Source: Azolla caroliniana
Taxonomy: Eukaryota > Plantae > Polypodiophyta
Assembly (NCBI GenBank): GCA_043228905.1
Contig: JBHGNT010000017.1
Location: 5,890,001-5,954,000, forward strand
Length of the DNA stretch: 64,000 nt
Direction of reading: 5' to 3'
The notes beneath the pieces were generated by a model. The model was not told where the DNA came from. It made no database searches and was given only the letters and a program-made list of their open reading frames with translations. Shown piece after piece: positions 25,401 to 35,300 of the stretch (position 1 is the first letter of the stretch; every line of letters begins with the position of its first letter). The translations under genes were made by a program, and so were the position numbers.

Positions 25401-27879
25401 TCAGTTCCGGCGTCTTCGGCACAGTAAACTCGAGCCGGATTCCCTTCGAGCGACAGTACTCCTGGAACTGCCCCCGGTATTCCCCTCCGTTATCCGCTCG
25501 TATCGCTTTCAGCTTCTTGCCGGATTCCCTTTCGACTCTTGCGTGAAGTTCTTTGAAGACGCACAACACTTGATCCTTTGTCTTCAACGGTGCCGTCCAC
25601 AGCTTCCGGCTGTGGTCATCAATGAATGTCACGAAGTACTGGGCTCCGCCATGTGACTTCGTTTCTACTTGGCATACGTCAATATGCACCAGCTCCAATG
25701 GTGCGCTACGTCTCGTCGGTGGCCTTGAGTGGAAGGAGGTCCGGTTTTGCTTACCGGCCAGGCAGTCGGTGCACTTCTCCAGATGCACATGCTTCACTGG
25801 AATAAGGTTGTCTTCTGCAAGCCTCTTCATCCCCTTCTCGCTCATGTGGCACAGTCTCTTGTGCCATAGCTCACCGGCAGTGTCAGCTGCCACGTTCAGC
25901 TCCTCCGGACATAGCCGGGAATTCATCAGGTATAGTGTGTTGACCTTCCGGGCCCGAGCCACTATCAGGCTCCCTTTGCTGAACTTCATGACGCCGTTCC
26001 GGATGCTACCTGTGTAGCCTTCATCGTTTAGCCTCCCGGCCGAAATCAGGTTCAATCGAACCTCCGGAACGTGTCGGACATCCTTCAGCAGCATTTTGCA
26101 TCCGGTCGGGGTTGTCAACCACACGTTTCCTATGCCGGCAATCCGGCACGTACCTTCATTTCCCATCCGAACACAGCCATGCTCACCGGCTGTGTAGGAT
26201 GAGAAGTATCTTCTCTCCGGGGTCAGGTGGAACGATGCTCCGGAATCGACCACCCAGGTCGTCTCATCGCCGGCAACGTTTAGCTCACCTTCTTCGGTGA
26301 TGAGCATGATTTCTTCCTCACTTGCCGCGAGTGCCAACGTTCCTTTCCGGTCCTGCCCTCGCCGATCCGAACCTCTCCGGTCCGAGGCTCCCCGGTATGC
26401 ACCGTTTCTCTCCGGTGACTTCTTCAAATCGGTGTCGTCGGCTCCGTTGTCTTTTCGGTAGTGCCGACAATTCTTTCGGAAGTGCCCCGGCTTCCCACAG
26501 TGGAAGCATGTGGGCCTTCCTCTTGACTGCGACCGGGTCCCCGACTTTTCCCGTCTTTGCGGACTCCGGTTCCATTGTCTTCCCCGATCCGATTCGGTAA
26601 GCAGCGCCTTCGAGTCGGAGGCCGGTTCTTTGTCTCTCCGGCGCGCTTCTTCGTTCAAAATACTTGTCTTTACCGTTTGTAAGGACAAGTTATCTTCGGT
26701 GCAGGAGGTGCTGAGAGTCACCACCAAGTTCTCCCAGCTTTCCGGCAATGTACACATCAGGATGATGGCTTGCATTGCATCCTCCAACGGGAACTTGATC
26801 GCCGCAAGCTGGTTCACGAATCCCATGAACGTGCTCACGTGTTCAACCATATTCTCGCCGTCCCGGTACTTGAGGTTCACTATCTTCCTCATCAGGGAGG
26901 TCCGGTTCAACGCATTCTTCCTCTCGTAGAGGCCCGACAGCTTCTTCCACATCTCATATGCGTTGGTGTCATTTGCCACATGTTGTAGAACGCTTACATC
27001 GACATATTGCCGGATCGTCGCTACGGCTTTCCGGTTCAGGAGCTTCCACTCCGACTCTATTACCCCCTTGGGTATCTCGGCATTGTCGATCGGTTCATAC
27101 AGGTCTCGGACGATGAGAAGGTCTTCCATCTTTATCTTCCAGTCGGCGTAGTTATGTGAGTTCAACACCATCATGCCCGGAGGCCCACTACCGCCGCCTT
27201 CCATTTTCTGTGTTAACCGTGCTCTGATACCAGTTTGTTGTACAACCAGTGCTCGGCCACAACCGAGGAACATGTTCGATTCACAGTAAGCGGGAAATAC
27301 AAGAATGCACGAAAACAATGGAGAGAAGGGTACACTGGATGTTTTACGTGGAAAACCCCAAATGGGAAAAAACCACGGGAGTGCAAGACTCCAACTATCA
27401 CTATACGCAGGGAATGTACAATGGCGAGCTGCAAGGCGACGACCTTGAGCTCGCTGTCCTCGCCACAAGCGGCGGTATTACACAGAGGCGTCGACCTCTT
27501 CCTTTCTCTTTCTCTCTAACTCTCTCTCGGCTGCTCTCACTTCGCTTCCTCTCAGTGGAAAACAGAAAATGAGCAACAACGACAAAACTGTTTGCCCTAA
27601 GTCATATTTATACACATATGACTTCCGGGCTATTTACAAATATAGCCTCAAGGGCTCTTGGCAAACATATTCACAAATATGTCTCCGCATCCGGATCTCT
27701 CTCCGGGTACATTCGTCATCCGGCTCCGTAACCGGGATCTTCATCATCCGGCTCCGTAGCCGGGGTCTTCGTCATCCGGCTCCGTAACCGGGATCTTCAT
27801 CATCCGGCTCCGTAACCGTAACCGGGCTTGCCGTCATTCATCTCCGGACATCCCATCCGGAGGGACCGAAATCCCAACA
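22477..27879 (-). mobile_element. Intact, very young Ty1/Copia element: 644-bp LTRs 27236-27879 and 22477-23120, TSD ATTAG
   Basis: TG..CA ends; PBS TGGTATCAGAGC at 27221-27232; PPT at 23121-23134; only one LTR mismatch noticed. Confidence 0.98.
23131..27204 (-). CDS. Copia gag-pol polyprotein, 1357 aa (gag/zinc knuckle, protease, integrase, RT, RNase H)
   Basis: Uninterrupted ORF; CFHCGKPGHFRKNC, VVDSGAS, LWHKRLCH, YVDD, TKHI; PR-INT-RT order. Confidence 0.97.
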   Translation of the reverse strand: MEGGGSGPPGMMVLNSHNYADWKIKMEDLLIVRDLYEPIDNAEIPKGVIESEWKLLNRKAVATIRQYVDVSVLQHVANDTNAYEMWKKLSGLYERKNALNRTSLMRKIVNLKYRDGENMVEHVSTFMGFVNQLAAIKFPLEDAMQAIILMCTLPESWENLVVTLSTSCTEDNLSLQTVKTSILNEEARRRDKEPASDSKALLTESDRGRQWNRSPQRREKSGTRSQSRGRPTCFHCGKPGHFRKNCRHYRKDNGADDTDLKKSPERNGAYRGASDRRGSDRRGQDRKGTLALAASEEEIMLITEEGELNVAGDETTWVVDSGASFHLTPERRYFSSYTAGEHGCVRMGNEGTCRIAGIGNVWLTTPTGCKMLLKDVRHVPEVRLNLISAGRLNDEGYTGSIRNGVMKFSKGSLIVARARKVNTLYLMNSRLCPEELNVAADTAGELWHKRLCHMSEKGMKRLAEDNLIPVKHVHLEKCTDCLAGKQNRTSFHSRPPTRRSAPLELVHIDVCQVETKSHGGAQYFVTFIDDHSRKLWTAPLKTKDQVLCVFKELHARVERESGKKLKAIRADNGGEYRGQFQEYCRSKGIRLEFTVPKTPELNGLAERMNRTIMERVRSMLAHAKLPKGFWAEAMSTATYVINRSPSVPLDGDTPQKVWTGKEVSYRHLKVFGCLAYVHVAKDRRGKLDPKTRPCIFLGYGDDEFGYRVWDPVDKKIFRSRDIIFMEDKTLTDWESEKKMKSSKSTGEDQLYEEQSRPARDRLALEDPAEDGEETEPAEEDETDTGTGPDPEMDSDEEETEEPVTEAPERRYPLRERRAPRRFPEPEHVLLTDEGEPESFEEAKLDTHSRRWLSAMQEEMDSLHENHTYELVELPKGKRALRNKWVFKLKPGDAGKPPRYKARIVVKGFQQKKGVDFDEIFAPVVKMTSIRTVLSIAASMDLEVEQMDVKTAFLHGDLEEEIYMQQPEGFEKKGKEHLVCRLKKSLYGLKQAPRQWYRKFDSFMTDEGYHKTQSDHCVFVKKFEGGDSLILLLYVDDMLIVGRDQVKVRALKKALHRTFSMKDLGPARQILGMHIIRDRKKKQLWLSQEKYVTKVLQRFNMSEARPVGSTLPANCKLSSKQSPKTKAEKEDMMKVPYASAVGSLMYAMVCTRPDIGYAVGVVSRYMSNPGKEHWNAVKWILRYLKGTTNVCLRFGSGKPELDGFTDSDMSADADTSRSTSGYVMTYAGGAVSWQSRLQKTVALSTTEAEYMAVVEAGKEIIWMKDFIRELGIQQEEYRLYCDNQSAIHLAKNAAYHSRTKHIQRRYHWIRERIEDKELVLMKVHTDENGSDMLTKVLTPDKLEACRKRIGLERHPMPK

Positions 27880-30800
27880 ATTAGCTATGTCAAGGACATA
27901 GCTAATTGTTTCCACTCGCATGCTTTCACCCAGAAGTTCTTTTAGACGACTCACATGAAAGATTGGATGAATTCCAACACCATCGGGAAGAGCAAGACGA
28001 TAGGCTGATGACCCAATGCGTTTGAGGACTGTAAAAGGTCCACAAAACCGTGGGGCTAACTTAGCGCACTTACCCGTAGACAATGTCTTAGAATTGTGAG
28101 GTACATGTAAAAGTACCTTCTGTCCAGGGTTTAATACACGAGGTTGCCTATGATGATCGGCATAAAAACGGGCTCTATCTTGAGCTGTTTTTATATTATC
28201 TCGTGCGATATGCAACATATCTTGCATATCCCGAAGAAAGTTTTGCGTACTTCGCAACTCATCATGATGTATATTAACATCAATCGGGGCTCGTGGCTGA
28301 AAACCATACATCAACATAAAAGGACTATATCCCGTCGACGTATGCTTGGAGCTGTTATAAGCAAACTCCAAAATTGGGAGATAACGTTCCCATTTTGTTG
28401 GTTTTGCACCAACATATGCTCGAAGCATGTCCTCAATAATTTGATTTACTTGTTCTATTTGTCCATCAGATTGAGGATGATCCGTGGAGCTCATGCTCAA
28501 CGTAGTTTCTAACTTCTTAAAGACTTGCGTCCAGAAGTCACTAGTAAATTTTGGATCTCGATCACTCACGATATCCATCGGTAACCCATAAAAACGAAAT
28601 AACTTGTCAACGAATTGGTAAGCCAATTCAAGAGTTGTTACCGTGGTTTTAGTAGCAATAAATTTGGCCATTTTAGTTAGTCGATCAACCACAACCCAGA
28701 TGGCATCATGGCCTTTTTGGGTGCGAGGAAGGCTAACAATAAAATCCATGGATATACTTTCCCACTTATTATTGGGAATGTCCAAGGGATGTAAAAGTCC
28801 TGCGGCTTTAAGTCGCTCGGCTTTGTTAACCTGACATTGGTGACATTTAGTCACATAGCTATGTATGTCAGGGCGCATCTTAGGCCAATAAAATTGAGTG
28901 GAGATGAGAACAAGTGTACGATGTATTCCAGGGTGCCCTGCTGAGGGTGCATCATGGCATTAAAAAAGAATCCTCTTTTTGACCTCGGGTAAATCTGGAA
29001 CACAAATCTTCCCATTACGGTAGAGTAGACTGTTAGCAATGTGGAAGTATTCCTTCGAGGATGTGGTTGTGTCTGTTCCAGACTCAACTCTTGCCCAGTA
29101 TTTTGCAAAATAACTGTCATCAGGATACTTTCCTCGAAGGTGATAATAAAGATCTGATGTTATTTCAGTGAAGCTAAGCATGTTAACTTCACGGATGTGA
29201 CTTAGTGCATCAACGATAGTATTCATGGAACCTTTACGATATTGTATGGAAAAATCAAAGTCCTGGATGAGATCAACCCATTGTGCCTTACGACCTTTCA
29301 GGTCTTGTTGGTCACAAAAATATTTCAAGGACTCGTGGTCCGTAGTTACCACAAAGCGATTTCCATAAAGATAATGGCGTCATGTTTTGAGTGCATGTAT
29401 AACTGCAAATAATTCCTTTTCTTGAACGGTATACTAACATTGAGCAGAATCAAGTTTCTTACTCTCAAATGCTATTGGTTTACCATCTTGATATAAGATA
29501 GCACCTATAGCATAATCGCTTGCATCCGTTTCAACCTCAAAAGGTTTTGGCGGATCGGGTAAAAGAAGTGAAGGAGCCTTGCACACCAGGTCCTTGAGTT
29601 CCTTAAAGGCGAGGTCTAGTGTAGCATTCCAGACAATAGGTTTTGTAGACTTACACGTTTGACCTTTTAAAAGATCAGTAAACAACGTTGTCAATTGGGA
29701 GTAATTACCAAGGGATTTTCGCAAAAACCCGACAAAACCAAGGAATGATTGAACTTCTCGAATATTCCGAAGAGTGGGCCAAAGCTTGATTTTCTCGATG
29801 TGAGAAGGATCAATTTCAACTCCTCGTTCAGTTATGAGATGTCCAAGATAAGTAATTTATTTCTTGAAGAACTCACATTTTGAGATCTTCGCATAAAACT
29901 ATTTGTCACGCAATGTTTGTAAAACAAAGCGGACATGTTTAGCATGTTCTTGTAATGTACGACTATAAACTAAAATATCATCCAAGAAAATAACGACAAA
30001 TTTTCCAAGTTGTTCTTGGAAAATGTCATTCATTTCTTGGTGAAATGTAGCCGGAGCATTGGTCAAACCAAAAGGTATAACCAAAAACTCATAATGGCCA
30101 TAGCGCGTACGAAATGCCGTTTGAGGAACATCGTCCTCACTTATACGAATTTGATGGTAGCCAATACGCGGAGATCAAGTTTCGTAAAATACCAGGCTCC
30201 CTGGAGATGGTCAATTAGATCGTCAGCCCGGGGCAATGGATACGAATTCTTGATCGTCACTTTATTCAAGCGTCAGTAATTAATACACATACACCATGTG
30301 CCCTCTTTCTTTCTAACTAAGAGAACTGGTGCACCCCATGGAGATTTACTATAAAGTATATAACCCATTCGTAAATAGTCCTTGATAATGGTGCAACGCC
30401 AGGTACAATATCTATACGATGGTCTATATTACGTTTAGGAGGTAAACCATCTGGTAGTTCACTCGGAAAAACATCATGAAAATCATTTAAGATTTCATCA
30501 AGTTGTTGTTGTTCAAAATATGTTAATTGAACCGAGACATTATCGATATTGTAAACGTGAATGTCTGGATCAAGTACACAATAAAATAGAGTAGAACAAG
30601 ACAACTTGGATATTGATGGACATGAGGAAACAATCGAGAGGGATTGTTTTTTTACACATTGAATAAAATGAGTACAATCGTTCAGTACAAATATAATTGA
30701 ATGATGAACCCAATCAATAGATAAAGAAGAGTTTTTATTATAAAACCAGGATAACCCAATATTACATTGGTGGTACAAAGATTCATTACATGGAAGTCTA

Positions 30801-32341
30801 CTTCCTCTATATAAGTGTCAATAGAAATTCCTAATGAATGAATCACCCCGTTGATGTATTGTACTCTTCCATCAGCCAAGTGCACCGTGTAGGTGTGATC
30901 ACTTACGGTGGGTTGGATTCCCCATATCTGAACCAAACGATCATTCACAAAGTTGTGTGAGCTTCCCGAATCAAACAAAAATTGTACGGGAGATCCATTG
31001 ATATACCCGTTTGCATGTAGTAAATCATTGGGACCCAATACATAGTGAGGGAAAGAACATTGACAATTACTTAAATGATGTGTATAGACCTGAAGGACAT
31101 TAGGAATCTGACCTTTATGGTCTGCAGCTTTAGCTTTGTTGTCGTGCTCTTTCCGTTGGAGCTTTCAACATTGCTCTTTTGTATGACCCTTATTTTTGCA
31201 GAATACGCAAAAAGGATGTTGTCGCTTACAATCACGATCCATGAATTTGTTGGGTGTCTTGCGTTTCCCAGCGAATTGCGACTGCTTAGTCCCAGGCGCT
31301 TCGTTGGGTTTGTCGTGGTCCTTCGAAGTGCGTTGATAGCGAAGAACTATTTCAACGGCCTCTTCGAAGGATTTTGGATCCTTATCGTGCACTATCCAGT
31401 GATAGTCCGAATTGGGGATACCATTGACAAAACAAGCTATTAACCACTTGTCCCCTTCTAGACCCGATTTTTGGATTTGGGTTCTAGCATGGTGGACATA
31501 GTCATCTAGCGAGGAAAATTTCCAACTAGAGAGGTTCATTAAAGCTTGTGCTGCATCGGTTCGAGAGGGAGGTTGCAGAAATTGGCCCTTGAAAACTGTG
31601 ACAAAATCTGTCCAAGTATCGGGCAATTTCCCCAAAGTACGGAGCCCACGCTACCAGGCGGCGGCCTTACCCCCTAGTTCTCGGCCGACATATGCAATCT
31701 TCGTACTATCTGGCATGGGATAGAGCTCAAAATGAGACTCCCATCGGCCCAGCCACGTGCAGATTGCTTCTTCGGTTCTTTCCTTTTTGTCTCCCGTAAA
31801 TGTCGTGACTCTTGAGTAGGAAGCAGAGAGAGAGCGATGGCGATAGAGATAACGATAACGATAGAGATGGCGAGAGCGGTAGAGATAGCGATAGTGATAG
31901 CAAAAGAGAGTGAAAAAGGGAGAGAGTGCGAGAGAGAGAAAAGTATAAGTGAGAGATAAGAAATGGGAATGAGATTATATTATGAGAAAGAAGATTACAA
32001 GGAGTAGGCTAAGGGCTAAAGACTGGTGTTGAACCGAATGAGTTGTGATGAGTGTATGGACTCTTATTTATAGGCCCTTATGGAGTATTCTAGAATGTTC
32101 TAGAATATTTTAGATATTTATGAATAATAATAATAATAAATATAATCATGAAATATTCAAGAACATTCTAGAATAATCTAGAATGTTCTAAATATCTCGT
32201 AATAACTAAACATATAATTATTATGATTACATCTCACATATGTTATTACAATGGTTAAAGTACAATATGTAAACCAAGAGGTTATGGGTTCGATTCCTGG
32301 TTCGCCAAGATGAATGTCATGATAAGCCAAGATGTATGTCT

Positions 32342-35300
32342 TCATGACATTATCCCCCCTTTTCGATGACGAGTTGCACGAGTCGGAAGAAAAGAGTTCA
32401 GACTTGGTTTATGAGGATATTGGTTGTGAAATGCAACAACCATGTCGGAGGCATTGGCAAGATGTTCGGCAGGCTCCCATGTTCGATCATTAGGTGTATA
32501 GCCTAACCAATCAACCAAGTAGTATAGTTTGTTGCGAATGATCTTGGAGTCGAGGATAGCGGCAACCTCATATTCAGAGCCATTGGAAACGTCAATTGGA
32601 GGTGGGGGAGGTGTAACACGACCCGGAATAGAGCTCGTTGTGTAGGGCTCCAAAAGTGAAACATGGAAGACCGGGTGAAGACGCATATGAGGAGGAAGAT
32701 CAAGACGAAATGTCACATCATTGATCTTACCACTTATGACATATGGGCCAAAACGTTGATAATCCAATTTGTAGCAAGGTCGGGTCGTTTTAATGCTACC
32801 TTGTAAGAGCCATACAGGATCGCCTACTTGAAATGTAGTCGATGAATCACGCCGATGACGGTCAGCAATCTTCTTTTGAGTGTTTTGGGCTTCACATAAA
32901 TGATGCAAAAGCATATCCTGAACTTCTTGGAGTCGAGTGAGCCGATCTTCAGCAGCTGGGTTTTTTGGGAGTTCAGGATGTTCAAGCATCGTCCAACAAG
33001 GATGGTACCCAATGTTTGCAAAAAATGGGGAATATCCAGTAGAAGAATGCTCGGAGTTGTTATAAGCAAATTCTGCCAAAGGTAGTAAATCCACCCAATC
33101 ATCTTGTTGATAGTTGACAAAACAACGTAGATATTGCTCGACTGTTTGGTTGGTGCGCTCACTCTGCCCATTAGTCTCTGGATGGTAGCCGGAAGAGAGT
33201 TTACAAGAAGTATGTAAGAGTTTGAACATGTGCCGCCAAAATTTCGAGATGAATTGGGGACCCCGATCACTGATAATATCATCCGGAAGACCATGATGGC
33301 GAAACACCTCCCGCATGAGTAAATCAGCTGTCTCTTGACTAGTAATGGTCTTTGTGCATGGAAGGAAATGTGCCATCTTCGTAAAACGATCGACAACCGT
33401 GAGAATCGAATCAAATCCCTTGGAAGGTGGAAGATCCGTAATAAAGTCCAAGGAAATAGATTTCCATGGGCTCTCCGGAATAGGCATTGGCTGTAATAAG
33501 CCATATGGATGATGTCGAGGCTTTTTTGATCGGCAACATGTATCACAGCTACGAACATAATCCGTAACAAAATGGCGAAGCCGTGGCCACCAATATCGGC
33601 GAGAAATCAACTCAAAAGTCTTGTGGATGCCGAAGTGTCCCGCCATTGGTGTGTCATGACATTGTTGCATGACTTTGAGTCGAGAAGGACCGTCAGGCAC
33701 ATACAAGAGAGTTTGTCGAAAAAGTAACCCATCATGCCAACTAAACTGGGTGTAGTCTAGACGAGGATTTTGAGTTTGGGAGCTAGATGCACGATTTGGG
33801 ATAATATGGCTCAAAACCTCTTGGGCGAACGCATCAGTCGCAATCTGCTCACGAATGGAATCAAGAAGCCTTGAATCTCCCGGTGTGTTGATGGTATGCA
33901 TTGCCATTATTCGTAGACGATCAGAACCTAAGAGGATTTGCTTTTGGCTTTCAAATGCGGCCTCTCCAGGTTGAAGTTCCATATACGAACGTCTAGATAA
34001 AGCATCTGCTTTTCCTTGTTGCATCCCAGGGCGATATAGAATTACAAAATCGAAACGAGTTAAGAACTGCGCCCAACGAGCTTGTCGTCGATTCAAGACT
34101 CGAGCACTTTGAAAGTATGTTAGATTTTTATGATCATTGTAGACAATAATCTGCTGAGAAGAACCCTCCAGAAAATGACGCCATTGTTGAAAAGAATCCA
34201 CAATGGCAAGAAGCTCTTTGTCGTGAATCTCATAGTTGATTTCTGCGGCTTCAAATTTTCGTGAGTGAAAAGCCACCGGGTGCAGTTCACCATCATCACC
34301 AATTTGGGATAGTACACTTCCGAGTGCGAAATCCGATGCATCAGCTTCAAGTATAAAGCGCCTCATTGGATCGACATGGATTAAGATTGGTGCGGATGTA
34401 AATGCTTGCTTTAAACCCTCAAATGCAGAGTTCGCATCTATACTCCATACAAATGGTCGATTCTTGTGCGTCAGTTGAGTGAGGGGCAACACAATTTTTG
34501 AATAATCTTTGATGAACTTGCGATAAAAGTTTGCGAACCCCAAAAAACATTGCACATCTCGCACGGACTGTGGTGTTTGCCAATCCAAAATTGTTTGAAC
34601 CTTTGATGGATCCATAGAGATGCCATTTGAAGAGACTATGTACCCCAAAAACTCCACTTGACATTGGTCGAAACTACACTTCTCCAATTTTGCATAGAGA
34701 CCATACTCTCGTAGCCATTGCAAAACTTGGCGAACATGTATATCATGTTCTTCTTGAGTTTTTGAGTAGATCAAGATATCATCCAGGTAAACAATGATGA
34801 AGATATCGAGGAAGTCTCGAAAAATATCATTCGCCATATGTTGGAAGACTGCTGGTGCATTTGTGAGGCCAAAAGGCATCACTGTGTACTCAAAATGACC
34901 ATAGCGAGTGCGGAACGCCGTCTTCCATTCATCCCCAGGACGAATTCGAACAAGGTTGTAGGCACCTCGAAGATCTAACTTCGTGAAATACTTTGCTTCA
35001 CTGAGGCGTTCTAGAAGGCTTGAGATCAATGGGAGAGCATATCGGTTTCTAACGGTCACTTTATTCAAGCCTCGATAATCCACGACCATACGAAGCGTAC
35101 CATCTTTCTTCTTAACGAAAAAGATGGGTGCACCAGCAGGAGATTTTGAATGTTGGATAAAACCATTTGCCAAGTTCTCATTGATATATTCTCGAAGAAC
35201 CTCTAACTCCGTGGGCGAAAGATTATAAATTGGTCCCCACGGAGGCTCTTTTCCTGGCTGCAAATCAATTGGGCAATCATATGGTCGATGCTCTGGTAGT

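Larger units (their letters stand above)
11868..27929. mobile_element. Sola2-like DNA transposon, ~16 kb including nested Copias, with 23-bp TIRs
   Basis: GTAAAAGCATGCGAGTGGAAACA at 11868 and TGTTTCCACTCGCATGCTTTCAC ending at 27929; interrupts host integrase at LKELLG|SGDN; exact TSD ambiguous (CTAG/CCAG candidate). Confidence 0.85.

Noticed and set aside
23146-27151. Many antisense and alternate-frame ORFs in the Copia, mirrored at 39614-44929
   Set aside because: Expected from high GC content; recurrence only reflects near-identical copies; no recognisable domains
27205-27468. 88-aa N-terminal extension of the 1445-aa Copia ORF
   Set aside because: Starts at a non-ATG codon inside the LTR and crosses the PBS; the plausible start is the ATG at 27204
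32244-32307. Functional tRNA genes in the LTRs
   Set aside because: Acceptor, D and anticodon stems do not pair; only promoter boxes and spacing remain
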